From: Syntrophales bacterium | GTDB lineage: Bacteria > Desulfobacterota > Syntrophia > Syntrophales > PHBD01 | DNA: 64,000 nt | Assembly: GCA_963668175.1 (NCBI GenBank) | Contig: OY764159.1 | Span: 2,368,001 to 2,432,000, forward strand | Reading direction: 5' to 3' | Part shown: piece by piece, positions 29,201 through 38,316 of the stretch | Numbering within the stretch: the stretch's first letter is position 1 | How the letters are laid out: every line of letters starts with the position of its first letter | Position numbers and translations under genes: made by a program | Notes under the pieces: generated by a model | Databases searched by the model: none | What the model was told of the DNA's origin: nothing | Seen by the model: only the letters and a program-made list of their open reading frames with translations

Positions 29201-29970
29201 TATACGGAGGGACTGATGAACGTAAGCATGAGATTCAGATCCGTCGTCCAGACGATATCGCTCATCCTGTCCGTCACGAAGCGGTACTGCCACTCGTTCC
29301 GGGACAGGCTGGCCGTCTGTTCGTTCACCTGCCGCGCCATGTCGGCGAGGGACTCGCGGAGCGCCTCATTGGCCGTCCGCAGCCTGCCCTGGTCCTTCTC
29401 CCGGTTTCTCTCGTAAAGGTACGATAGCGCCGCCACCAGCAGGAAGGACGGGATGAAACTGGAGGCGAATCCCAGGCTGTAGGTGGTCATGAAGGGTGTT
29501 TCGGGGCGCAGGAAAAGGAGAAGGGAAACGGGTGCGAGAAAGAGCATTGCGGCGGCTGCGCCCCGCCGGGCGTTCAGGATGAACATGGCCGTCATGGGGA
29601 AGAGATAGGACCAGAGATAGACGGGCCGTTCGATGCCGCTGAAAAAGAAGAGGAAGAAGCAGAATATCCCGGAAACCGCTATCCCGGCGATATTGACCGT
29701 ATCGTGGCGGATGATCGCTCTTCTGTGGCAGGACAGAAGGCCGGCGATGACGAAGGCGAACAGCCAGGAGCCCCAGCCCATGGCCGCTTCCCGCATGATC
29801 AAGCTGACGCTGCCGATGACGGCCAGCGCGAGCAATACGACGCCTGCGCTTGGATAGACGATGCGGGCGATGCGGTACGATTCCTCGTTGCCGGGCTGAA
29901 AGAGCCACTCCGGAAGAATCGCCCCTTCAATCCGGTTCAGGGCGGCGTTTGATGTTGCGTTGTCGGTCAT
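26266..29970 (-). CDS. Membrane-bound hybrid histidine kinase: TM region, about 5 PAS, HisKA, HATPase, receiver
   Basis: Repeated DITERK/DVTERK PAC motifs, GIAHDFNN H-box, PFFTTK..GTGLGL, LLVDDE..DMTMP..KP. Confidence 0.93.
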   Translation of the reverse strand: MTDNATSNAALNRIEGAILPEWLFQPGNEESYRIARIVYPSAGVVLLALAVIGSVSLIMREAAMGWGSWLFAFVIAGLLSCHRRAIIRHDTVNIAGIAVSGIFCFFLFFFSGIERPVYLWSYLFPMTAMFILNARRGAAAAMLFLAPVSLLLFLRPETPFMTTYSLGFASSFIPSFLLVAALSYLYERNREKDQGRLRTANEALRESLADMARQVNEQTASLSRNEWQYRFVTDRMSDIVWTTDLNLMLTFISPSVYGTLGFTPDEYRSRPFRERVAPESFAEGMAILAAEFEREHTGGADPDRSVKVDLQFLHKDGSALWMESVLNPIRDDRGALVGIHGVSRDVTERKCAEKARRIIEERFSTVFRNSPAWITIANMDTQKHLEVNDAWEKLTGYTREEAIARTPVELGIYDEDTWRGIVEEIREKRSVKSREVTSTSKDGRISTLLVSRELVNIEGEPCLLSMGLDITERKNIEKKLHDSERLFRSIVELSYAGIYTSADDFRFSYVNDKLCEISGYSREELMGMDMRNLVAEESLPLVAKRYEERRKGGEVPSSYEFVGVAKGGRKLYFETNAVAVRDSSGKVTTIGQILDITERKATEEALRRSEKYFRAITENSVDVLFIVDKLGTITYCSPSVERVLGYRPDELTGTSGFSLIVPEDLRRAAKDFEAAAGTSGSDVPNSFRLLHKNGTILIMEGVGRNLYDDPVISGFTITVRDVTEHKRLEEELQRLSIAVEQAAEEVVITDPEGIIRYVNPAFEKITGYSRAEALGKNPSMMASGVHDRAFYENLWNTIKGGGIWTGRITNRHRDGRLIQDDVTISPMVNAEGEHTGYVSVKRDVTDSVRLENQLRQAQKLEAIGTLAGGIAHDFNNMLGAMMGYVELAKYKTADVTILGYLDQVLKASNRAKDLVSQILTFSRQREKEKRPVAVAPIVQEALKLLRSSVPTTIEIRQHSDTRFDTVLADPVQIHQLIMNLCTNAAYAMRDREGILEVILSHERISGDHPPYDVRLTQESYLKLTVRDTGEGIDPAIREKIFDPFFTTKKPGEGTGLGLSVVYGIVRDHGGAVAMESEPGRGTTFTVLLPLIDIRNENDSQEITTVPKGSGSILLVDDEALIASMERDILTSLGYDVIARFGSLDALSEFRERPERFDLVITDMTMPNMTGADLAREMLKIRPDLPIIMTTGFSERIDEDEAKRIGIREFIMKPVSLPVIAQAVKKIMGDAAPAR

Positions 29971-30056
29971 GGCTGCCTGGTCGATCTCCAAAAACACGAT
30001 CGGACGGCGTGAGTAGCCGACACACTTTCCCGGCCGGCTGCCGTATAAGCCCACAT

Positions 30057-30217
30057 TAACCAATTATCGTGCCAGGATGCCCGGAAGCGCGGAATAAGTA
30101 AAAAAACGACGAATAATAGAGTAGTTATACAGGATGGGGGGATGCGCCGGGCGGTGCGGTCCGGCCATAATCCGCCCGGAACGTCCATTTTAACGGAATA
30201 CGTCCGAAAAAGTGGAC
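30057..30217 (-). promoter_or_regulatory. Sigma-54-type promoter plus IHF-like site and tandem enhancer, copy A
   Basis: Minus TGGCAC-GATAA-TTGG (within 30057-30076); AATAGAGTAGTTA 30115-30127; GTCC-N8-GGAA-TAC-GTCC-N8-GGAC 30183-30217; same layout at 52937 and 59246. Confidence 0.75.
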
Positions 30218-30389
30218 GGGTTTTAAGGCTTTATGATGTTGACGGGGAATAACGGCCGGGGGCTCAATCTTGAGGTATCGGGACGGCGAGAAGCGAGGGC
30301 AAAAGACGGGAGCCGGGCCGGACGGTTGCCGGTCCCGGCCGACTCCCTTCGGGAAAATCGCGTTCAAAGATGCCTTGTCCCGCCCGTCG

Positions 30390-30610
30390 CTGCGATTTGA
30401 GGACCTTATAGACCGCGCAGAAATCCTCGTCCGCCAGGCCTTCCTGTTTCGCCTGCCTGCACGGTTTGTGCGTTGCGGCGGCCGTGAAGAGCGGCAGGTT
30501 GAGCCGGTCGCCCAGGCCATCGCGAGCCGCATGTCCTTCTGCATGTGTTTCACCGGGAAGGCTGCGGTGCAGTTGCCCCGGGAGATAAGGTTCCCATTCA
30601 TGAGGAACAT
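30390..30610 (-). pseudogene. C-terminal remnant of a 3-hydroxyisobutyrate dehydrogenase/glyoxylate reductase family gene, frameshifted
   Basis: GNCTAAFPVKHMQKDMRLAMA, then after a 1-nt shift LGDRLNLPLFTAAA..AKQEGLADEDFCAVY; N-terminal Rossmann domain absent. Confidence 0.7.
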
Positions 30611-30644
30611 GCGATTGCCCGCGGCGCCGGCGTGCTCAGGACGA

Positions 30645-32138
30645 TCATCGGCCGGGAGCGGGCAGCCGTGCCTGATTCCGGCCGAACAGTGAGGCGGTGA
30701 AGGCGTCTTTCTTTCCGATGAGGAATGCGAGGGACATGACGGCCTCCTGGAGCGCCTGCACCTGGCTGTTCAACCCCTGCGTCACCGAGGCGGCCCTTTC
30801 GGCGCTGTCCGCCGTCTGCTGCGTGTTCCTGTCGATCTCCGTGATCGCCTTCCCGATCTGTTCGATGCCGACCTTCTGCTCGTTGTTCGCCTTCGCGATA
30901 TCGCGGATGGCCTTGGTGACCCGCTGAGATATATCCTGGTTGTTGCGGATTTCGCCGGAGATTTCGTCAAAAAGCACGGATGCCGTCTTGATCTTGGAAG
31001 CCGAATCGGTGATCAGCCCGGTCGTATTCTTCGCCGCATCCGCCGCCCTCATGGCCAGGTTCCGCACCTCCTCGGCGACGACGGCGAACCCCGCCCCGAC
31101 CTCGCCCGCCCGGGCCGCTTCGACGGCGGCGTTAAGGGCGAGAAGATTGGTCTGGAAGGCGATTTCGTCGATGGTCTTGACGATATGGGTCGATTCCTCG
31201 CTGGACGTCACGCTTTGCCGGATGGCGTCCTGCATCTTTTCCATGTTCCTGACGATGGTATCCAGGCTGTCGGCCGCATCCGTCGCGATCAGCCGGCTTG
31301 CGTCCTCCGCATAGGTCACGTTGCTGTCCGTCACTTCCGTCAGCTGACCCAGCGATGCGGAGGTTTCCTCGACGGCCGACGCCTGTCTCTGGGCGCTGTC
31401 CGAGAGGCCTTCCCCGGCGTCGGCGATATCGCCCGAGGCCGCGACCAAATGGGTTGCGCTCTCCATGAGGCTGTCCGCCACGCGCACGATGGGTTTCGTC
31501 ACGGAGCGCATCAGGAAGAACCCGAGGGCCGTGGCGAAAAGGATGCTTATGCCCGTCGAAATCAGGAGGCCCCATTCGACCGTCTTCGCCTGCCTGTCGT
31601 TGCTCTCCGCGACTTTCTGCGCGTTTTCCCGGGTCATGTTGAGGAGCGCCGTCAGACTCTGTTCCACCCCTTTCGCCGCCGTCGTTCCGGTGGAACTGAT
31701 GGCCGCCATGGCTTCCGCGGGTTTCCTCTCCCTGACGAGCTTGACGTACATGGGCCGGCGGTTGCGTTTGTAATCCGTCAGGCTTTCCTTGAGGGCCGAA
31801 AACTCCTTCCTGATGGCCTCGTCCGCGATACCCTTTTCGGCTTCCGCCATTTCCTGATCCATTTTTTCGGTGAGCTGGTTCAGTTCGCTTTCGGCCTTGT
31901 CCCAGCCCTTGCCTTCCGTGTCGATGATCATATTGCGGGAGATCACCCTGGTCTTCTGGTAGAGGATGCCGACGTTGCCGATATGGATGATGGGTCTGGT
32001 CACGTGCGCGTACATCGCGGCGCTGGCCGCGGATGTCCTTGCCGTGCTTACAGCCCCGACCAGGCCGCCGAGGGCGATGATGGTCGCCACCAGAATGAAT
32101 CCCGTCAGAAATTTCGTACTTAATTTAAGATGTGCCAT
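30645..32138 (-). CDS. Methyl-accepting chemotaxis protein
   Basis: Two TMs flanking a periplasmic helical sensor; [40 protein letters not shown]. Confidence 0.95.
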   Translation of the reverse strand: MAHLKLSTKFLTGFILVATIIALGGLVGAVSTARTSAASAAMYAHVTRPIIHIGNVGILYQKTRVISRNMIIDTEGKGWDKAESELNQLTEKMDQEMAEAEKGIADEAIRKEFSALKESLTDYKRNRRPMYVKLVRERKPAEAMAAISSTGTTAAKGVEQSLTALLNMTRENAQKVAESNDRQAKTVEWGLLISTGISILFATALGFFLMRSVTKPIVRVADSLMESATHLVAASGDIADAGEGLSDSAQRQASAVEETSASLGQLTEVTDSNVTYAEDASRLIATDAADSLDTIVRNMEKMQDAIRQSVTSSEESTHIVKTIDEIAFQTNLLALNAAVEAARAGEVGAGFAVVAEEVRNLAMRAADAAKNTTGLITDSASKIKTASVLFDEISGEIRNNQDISQRVTKAIRDIAKANNEQKVGIEQIGKAITEIDRNTQQTADSAERAASVTQGLNSQVQALQEAVMSLAFLIGKKDAFTASLFGRNQARLPAPGR

Positions 32139-33058
32139 GAGAATGTCCTTTCAATCGGTAACAAATGTCTGTCGTTCCAGGCAATGGCCGGCGTCTTTTC
32201 GGGCCTGTCCGGTGTCACGGCCGGTTGATGAAGGCGGCTTCCCCGTCGACGTCGGAAAACGGTCGCGGCCGATCGCATGCATTGTGGAAACCGGGATAAA
32301 CGGAAGATGAGAAGGACGTAAGGCCTGTCCGGCCGCCGGATGCCGGACTGCAGAGGCAGCCGGGCCGATGCGGAGGCCGCTTTCATGGACGAAGCCCCCG
32401 GGCGATCCGTCGTATCCCCGGCCGTTGCCGGCAGCCTTGCCGGCGGAAAGACGGCCGTGACGCCCGGGACCGAAGAAGCGGAACCGGTCTGTCTGTGGAA
32501 TTGTGCGGCGCTTGTTCCGGAAAACGCTTACGGATTTCGGCGGCGCATGCTGGAACCTCTCTCTTTCTGATCATCCTGCCGGGGAATTACCCGTACCATC
32601 GTCTAACCGTAATCTCAGGTCGTCCACCCCCCCCCGATTCCGGATCGTAATGCCGGAGCGTGGAATACTCATCGCCCTAAAATAGCGTCTATTATATCAC
32701 AAGATGGAAGAAATTGCAGCCGCAGGATGGTCAAAATCGTATGGCCGGAATCCTGAAAAGGCCGCTCTTAATGAACAATGTTATAAATCGTCGACAGGAT
32801 GTTCGGAACGGTCATAGCCCGGGTTGCGAATCAGAGTCTTCGATAACTTTTGACTGAAATACGCTTCCTGTCAAGTGTGACGTGAACCGGTCCATTGTAT
32901 ATTTTTGACATACGGAGAGGGAGAGCCCATCGTCGGTCGCCGGCGGCTTTCCTGAAATGCAATGAACGGCGATACGGGCTTCCCGGCGCGCGGATTTAAT
33001 CCGTTTCCAGCGTCGACAGGGGCGAAAAATTGTTGTACATTTTAACGGGAGGATTCTT

Positions 33059-34777
33059 ATGGGTATAGCCGGGGATATCGTCATCGTCGTCGTCGCCGCC
33101 CTGCTCGGCGGGCTTGCCGCCCATGCGCTGAGATTGCCGCTCCTCTTCGGGTACATCCTCGCGGGCATCGTCGTTGGTCCCCATACGGGCGGCGTGACGG
33201 TGGGGGACGTCCATTCGATCGAGAAGCTCGCCGAGATCGGCGTCGCGCTGCTCCTGTTCGCCTTGGGGCTCGAATTCTCCTTCCGGGAGTTGCGGCCGGT
33301 CCGCGCCGTCGCCATGATCGGCACCCCCATCCAGATCGCCCTGACGGTGGCGTTCGGCTACGGCATAGGGCAGTGGCTCGGCTGGGGCTGGGTCGCGTCT
33401 CTCTGGTTCGGGGCGCTGATTTCCCTTTCCAGCACGATGGTGATCCTGAAGACCCTGCAGAACCAGGGCATGATGGGGACGCTGTCGAGCCGGGTCATGA
33501 TCGGCATGCTCATCGTCCAGGACCTGGCCGTCGTGCCGATGATGATCATCCTGCCCCAGTTGAGCGACCCGCAGGCCGGGTTCCGCGTTCTCGCCGTCGC
33601 CGCCGTGAAGGCCGCGGTCTTCCTCGTCTTCATGATCGTCCTCGGCACGCGCCTCATCCCGGGCATTATGAGGGGCATCGCCGGGCGGAATTCGCGGGAG
33701 CTGTTCCTCATTGCGACGGCGGCCCTGGGTCTGGGCATCGGCTACGGGACGTACCTTTTCGGCCTGTCGTTTGCGTTCGGCGCGTTCGTCGCGGGCATGA
33801 TCATGAGCGAATCGGATTTCGGCTACCAGGCCCTGAGCGACATCATCCCGCTCCGCGACGTCTTCAGCCTCCTCTTCTTCACGTCCATCGGCATGCTCCT
33901 CGATCCCCGGTTCCTGTGGGACAAGCTCGGTTTTATCCTGCTGCTGGTCGCCGTCGTCATGCTGGGCAAGAGCGCGATCTTCGCGGTGTTATGCAGGCTC
34001 TTCCGCTACCGCAACGTGGTCCCGCTGGCGGCGGGACTGGGACTCTCGCAGGTCGGGGAATTCTCGTTCGTCCTCGGTCGCGTCGGCGTCGAAACGCAGT
34101 CCATTTCGGCGGAATTCTACGCCCTGGTCCTCACCGTGACGATCGTGACCATGCTGTTCACGCCCGTGCTCTCGGGGTTCACCTCGCCGCTGTACGCCCT
34201 CGTCCGCCGGTGGCGCAGGGCCGCGGTTTCGGAGCCCCTCCATTTCCCGAAGATGGATTTGAAGGACCATATCGTCATTGCCGGGGGAGGGCGCGTCGGC
34301 CGGCATGTCGCCGCCGTCCTGAACAAGCTGGACGTTCCCTTCGTCGTGATCGAATACGACATCCGGCGGGTGGAGGCGCTGAAGGCGTCGGCTTTTCCCG
34401 TTCTTTTCGGCGACGCGGAAAAGGATGTCATCCTGGAGGCGGCAAGGGTGGACAAGGCGAGGCTCCTGATCGTCACGACGCCCGTGACGATCGTCGTCCG
34501 GGCCGTCGTGGCGGCGGCGAAGAAGCACAATCCGTCGATCCACATCATCGGCCGGGCCGACGGCATCGAGGATATGCAGGTCCTTCACGACGGGGGCGTC
34601 GACCACGTCGTTCAACCCGAATTCGAGGCGGGCCTGGAATTCGCGCGACAGGCGCTCCTCCATCTCGACATCCCCCTGGACCAGATCGAGACGTACGCCG
34701 AAGGCGTGCGGAGCGAGCTTTACCGTCCTCTCTACGAGGCGGACGCCCGGGAAGACGATCCGCCGCGTCCCTCGTGA
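33059..34777 (+). CDS. CPA2 family cation:proton antiporter with TrkA-N (RCK) domain (KefB/YbaL-like)
   Basis: Multi-TM region with [24 protein letters not shown]-terminal IAGGGRVG and FGDA. Confidence 0.92.
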   Translation: MGIAGDIVIVVVAALLGGLAAHALRLPLLFGYILAGIVVGPHTGGVTVGDVHSIEKLAEIGVALLLFALGLEFSFRELRPVRAVAMIGTPIQIALTVAFGYGIGQWLGWGWVASLWFGALISLSSTMVILKTLQNQGMMGTLSSRVMIGMLIVQDLAVVPMMIILPQLSDPQAGFRVLAVAAVKAAVFLVFMIVLGTRLIPGIMRGIAGRNSRELFLIATAALGLGIGYGTYLFGLSFAFGAFVAGMIMSESDFGYQALSDIIPLRDVFSLLFFTSIGMLLDPRFLWDKLGFILLLVAVVMLGKSAIFAVLCRLFRYRNVVPLAAGLGLSQVGEFSFVLGRVGVETQSISAEFYALVLTVTIVTMLFTPVLSGFTSPLYALVRRWRRAAVSEPLHFPKMDLKDHIVIAGGGRVGRHVAAVLNKLDVPFVVIEYDIRRVEALKASAFPVLFGDAEKDVILEAARVDKARLLIVTTPVTIVVRAVVAAAKKHNPSIHIIGRADGIEDMQVLHDGGVDHVVQPEFEAGLEFARQALLHLDIPLDQIETYAEGVRSELYRPLYEADAREDDPPRPS

Positions 34778-34951
34778 ACGCTTCCAATATGACCCGCGCT
34801 CGCTCAGACCACATTCGATAATTCCGGGGATGCGGCACTTATTTATAGATTGACTCTGAAGTAGCCCCCAATTGAACCGGACACTTTGAATCTGGAAATA
34901 AGTTGTAGGAATAGATATAGAGATATTACTACAACCAGAAAGAAGGTGTTT

Positions 34952-35329
34952 ATGGTTCCTGTAGAAGTGATCGTCGGTGTACAGAGGCGACGTCGCTGGT
35001 CGGCTGCCGAGAAGAAGTCGATGGTGCGGGAGGCGGAGCAGCCGGGAATGAGCATCTCGGCTGTAGCCCGGAAGTATGACATCCATCCGAACCAGTTGTT
35101 CCACTGGCGCAGGCTTGCCGAAGAAGGGGCTCTGTCGGCGGTTGGTGCAGATGAAGGCGTCGTTCCTGCATCGGAAGCCAGAGAACTGAAAAAGCAGATC
35201 CGGGAGTTGGAGCGTCTTCTGGGCAAAAAGACAATGGAGGTGGAGATATTAAGAGAGGCTGTCCGGATTGCCCGTGAAAAAAAACTGATCTCGCGGTTGC
35301 CGTTGTTGCCGGAGGACGATTCCCGATGA
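34952..35329 (+). CDS. IS3-family transposase OrfA (HTH)
   Basis: RRRRWSAAEK..GMSISAVARKYDIHPNQLFHWR; IRELERLLGKKTMEVEIL; A8 slippery run 35277-35284. Confidence 0.92.
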   Translation: MVPVEVIVGVQRRRRWSAAEKKSMVREAEQPGMSISAVARKYDIHPNQLFHWRRLAEEGALSAVGADEGVVPASEARELKKQIRELERLLGKKTMEVEILREAVRIAREKKLISRLPLLPEDDSR

Positions 35330-36174
35330 AGACGGTTGTCGATACGCTGGGCGTTTCCCGTTCCCGGCAATACGAAAGGCAAGGGACGGAAGCCGATTCG
35401 AGAAGCCGCCATTACAGGAGAAGCGACGATGGCAGATATCTTCTTCTGATCAGGCAGATTATTGATAATCGTCCCAGTTACGGTTATCGGAGAGTAACGG
35501 CAAGAATCAACAGGTTTCTGGAACGTCAGGGGCATCCGGGAGTTAATCCCAAACGGATTTATCGTCTCATGAAGATGCACAATCTGCTTCTTCAGCGGCA
35601 TACGGGTAGGCCGGCAAGGCTTCACGAGGGCAAGGTCACGACGAGACGGAGCGATCTTCGTTGGTGTTCCGATGCGTTTGAGATTGCCTGCTGGAATGGG
35701 GACCGTCTCCGGGTAGCGTTCAGCATGGATTGTTGCGACAGGGAAATCATGAGTTATGTAGCCACGACAGGGGGCGTATCCGGCGACATGGTCAGGGACT
35801 TGATGGCGGAAGCCATTGAAGCCCGTTTCGGTATGATCAATCGGCTGCCCCACAGAATCCAGTGGCTGAGCGATAATGGTCCTGCGTATACCGCCAGGGA
35901 AACGAAAAGCTTTGGGCAGATGATGGGGCTTGAGGTTTGCACGACCCCGTTCTATAGCCCGGAATCGAACGGAATGGCCGAATCCTTTGTCAAGACCTTC
36001 AAGAGGGATTATGTTCATCTGAATATCCTGACTGATGCCGAAACGGTCATGAAGCAACTGCCCGGATGGTTCGTAGACTACAATGAAAACCATCCGCACA
36101 AGGGATTGAAAATGATGTCGCCCAGGGAGTATAGGAGACATCAAAATAAGTTAGAACAGTGTCCGGTGAAATAG
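35326..36174 (+). CDS. IS3-family transposase OrfB (DDE)
   Basis: YGYRRV, WCSD, DCCDRE, WLSDNG, SPESNGMAESFVKTFKRDY; ATGA overlap with OrfA, -1 frame. Confidence 0.95.
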   Translation: MKTVVDTLGVSRSRQYERQGTEADSRSRHYRRSDDGRYLLLIRQIIDNRPSYGYRRVTARINRFLERQGHPGVNPKRIYRLMKMHNLLLQRHTGRPARLHEGKVTTRRSDLRWCSDAFEIACWNGDRLRVAFSMDCCDREIMSYVATTGGVSGDMVRDLMAEAIEARFGMINRLPHRIQWLSDNGPAYTARETKSFGQMMGLEVCTTPFYSPESNGMAESFVKTFKRDYVHLNILTDAETVMKQLPGWFVDYNENHPHKGLKMMSPREYRRHQNKLEQCPVK

Positions 36175-36227
36175 GGGCAACTCCAGACTCCTGAGAAAGA
36201 TAACTAATTTGTAAAAGTTAATATCTT

Positions 36228-36257
36228 CCCGGAATTCCAGACCCCGGAATTCCAGAC
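36228..36257. repeat. Perfect 15-bp tandem duplication CCCGGAATTCCAGAC x2
   Basis: Seen directly at 36228-36242 and 36243-36257. Confidence 0.85.
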
Positions 36258-36290
36258 GTGTTGTAAATTCGTGATGTTATGCAATGTTTG

Positions 36291-36471
36291 TGTAAATATT
36301 CTATACATTATCAAGACAGCCATCAATAATACGTAATTATTGTTTTAATATAGAGAATATTATCAGAAATAGCACCTGCTTATTTGTAAAGAATCGGTAC
36401 ACTTACCTTTTCATAGACATTCCTCTTTGTACGTCATTTCAAGCCATTAGAGTAATGGCATTGTTTATGCA
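36291..36471 (+). promoter_or_regulatory. Sigma-54 promoter with two TGT-N11-ACA enhancer-like boxes upstream of the PEP-CTERM genes
   Basis: TGGCATTGTTTATGCA 36456-36471 (GG-N10-GC); TGTAAATATTCTATACA 36291-36307; TGTAAAGAATCGGTACA 36385-36401. Confidence 0.7.
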
Positions 36472-36516
36472 AAAATTTTTACGTCGAATCTCATCTGCAT
36501 GGAAAGGGGGATATCT

Positions 36517-37245
36517 ATGAGACGGTCTATATTCTTTTCTGTTGTTATATTTATATTTATTCCAGGTATTGTTGCAGCAGAAACCTATTTTTACGAAAGT
36601 GCCTATTATGACGCGAATACTTTGAATATTGTCTCTGACCCAAGCTTAACACTCGACTTGCACATGGCGACCCTAAGTGATTATTCGAATACATTGACAT
36701 TCACGGGAGGATACAGAAGCTATTGGGTGAATAATGGTCAAATAGGGGCTTCACAATTTATTGCTGCTTCAAACGCCAACAATTACGGCGGTGGTATAAG
36801 TTTCTACCAAACGCTCGCAACTTTCACCGTTTTAAGTGGATCTGGATCAGTTACACCATCAATTTTTTTTCATAAAGCGTTTGATATCTATACTGACTCC
36901 GTAGGAGATAAAACCGCAAATGGTGATTTCGTGACAAGTATTTGTATAAATAATATCACTAAAGGATTAAATGCGTGTCAGGTAAAACATTCACATGCAT
37001 CATCGGGCGAGATAGATGGGCAGGCAAATCAATTTGTGTTTAATGGTATTGTTTTTGTAGATACATCTCCGGATAGAAAATTCTTTGAAGTAGGTGATAT
37101 CGGAGAAATTTTCGTTGGGCTTAATGATGAGGGTTTATATGCGATAGATATTTCCCCGGTCCCCGAACCATCTACTCTTTTTCTCCTCGGTATCGGGTGC
37201 GCAGGTGTCTTCGGTGTTAAGAGAAGTTTAAGAAGGAGACACTAA
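36517..37245 (+). CDS. PEP-CTERM sorting domain protein
   Basis: Signal peptide; C-terminal VPEPSTLFLLGIGCAGVFGVKRSLRRRH. Confidence 0.9.
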   Translation: MRRSIFFSVVIFIFIPGIVAAETYFYESAYYDANTLNIVSDPSLTLDLHMATLSDYSNTLTFTGGYRSYWVNNGQIGASQFIAASNANNYGGGISFYQTLATFTVLSGSGSVTPSIFFHKAFDIYTDSVGDKTANGDFVTSICINNITKGLNACQVKHSHASSGEIDGQANQFVFNGIVFVDTSPDRKFFEVGDIGEIFVGLNDEGLYAIDISPVPEPSTLFLLGIGCAGVFGVKRSLRRRH

Positions 37246-37285
37246 TTCAATTACTTGATCAAATATCATAAAAAGGGAGGGGATC

Positions 37286-37837
37286 ATGAAAATCAAAATG
37301 TTAATAATTGCCATCTTGGTATTTTGCACTACTTCGCTTTCTTATGCAGTCGTCGTGGATCAAACTCAAAGGCCATTCCACGGAACTTTCACGTGGTATT
37401 CCGTGTCACAACCAGGAATCATACTAGGGACAGCCCAAATATATGGTTTAATAGATTTACGGTTGAATGACTTTGGGCCACACTATGACCCAAATCAGCT
37501 AGGGTATAAAGGAAGTACGTATGATGGACGATTATCTTTTGAAGATGACTATTATGAACCCGGATCCGTCGTCTTTGTGACAGAAAACTACTCATCTGAA
37601 ATCACCTCGTTTATGAGGATGGGAAGCGCGGGCGGATGGGGGTCTCGCCCTGATATTTTTGAGTACAACAATCCTTTTGAAATAGACGTTTACCACCTCT
37701 ACAGTATTGATCACTTGTTGAAAGGAGATTTAATCCTCTGCGTTGACCCTGCCCCTGTTCCTGAACCTACTTCAATGCTTCTTTTAGGCCTTGGCCTTGC
37801 GGGTGCGGCCGCTATAAGAAGAAAATTAAAGAAATAG
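37286..37837 (+). CDS. PEP-CTERM sorting domain protein
   Basis: GGAGG RBS; signal peptide; C-terminal VPEPTSMLLLGLGLAGAAAIRRKLKK. Confidence 0.92.
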   Translation: MKIKMLIIAILVFCTTSLSYAVVVDQTQRPFHGTFTWYSVSQPGIILGTAQIYGLIDLRLNDFGPHYDPNQLGYKGSTYDGRLSFEDDYYEPGSVVFVTENYSSEITSFMRMGSAGGWGSRPDIFEYNNPFEIDVYHLYSIDHLLKGDLILCVDPAPVPEPTSMLLLGLGLAGAAAIRRKLKK

Positions 37838-37857
37838 ATGTTTGAGATCAACAGAAA

Positions 37858-37889
37858 GCAGAGTCATAAACGGCTCTGCCTTATTTTTT
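37858..37889 (+). terminator. Rho-independent terminator
   Basis: GCAGAGTC-ATAAAC-GGCTCTGC followed by CTTATTTTTT. Confidence 0.6.
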
Positions 37890-38050
37890 GCCTTTCTTTG
37901 TCGTCTTCTCATACCTTTCAAGCGATTCTTCAATAAGCCGCCGGATGGCCTCTGACTTGGATTCAATGCGGTTCCCAAAGCGGTAATCATTGATCCGTTC
38001 GCTAGTTCTTGGTCAAGAATGATTAAGAATCTGGGCTTTTCCGTCGGCAT
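37881..38050 (-). pseudogene. Ribbon-helix-helix (CopG-like) regulator with 1-nt frameshift
   Basis: MPTEKPRFLIILDQEL, shift near 38001, then ERINDYRFGNRIESKSEAIRRLIEESLERYEKTTKKGKK*. Confidence 0.72.
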
Positions 38051-38316
38051 TATTTTTTCCTGATCTCCACCGCCAGTGGCTCGTCGATGTTCGACCCATG
38101 GATATATCGGGATGTTACTTCACTCCTACTATTGTATCCTAAAATAATTTTTTTGTCATTATAGATGTAATATGCTGTACAGGCGAAGGTCTTAGGGCTT
38201 TTGCACTAGCTGTCGATACTATTCTAGCTGATCGCCTTCGACACCCTGCGCTTGAAGTGGGCGTAGGCAAACTGCCTGCCCTGATTGTTCTGATTGATCT
38301 ATATCCCCGTCAGGTC

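Larger units (their letters stand above)
34857..36185 (+). mobile_element. IS3-family insertion sequence, IS2 group, 1329 bp, apparently intact
   Basis: TG...CA ends; IRL TGAAGTAGCCCCCAATTGAACCGGACACT versus IRR (revcomp) TGGAGTTGCCCCTATTTCACCGGACACT; 5-bp duplication GACTC at 34852-34856 and 36186-36190. Confidence 0.95.

Noticed and set aside
32139..33058. Hidden gene, riboswitch or the kinase-type enhancer in the 0.9-kb MCP/antiporter intergenic region
   Set aside because: No ORF with convincing coding bias, no recognisable RNA motif, and no GTCC-N8-GGAC tandem or sigma-54 site found by eye
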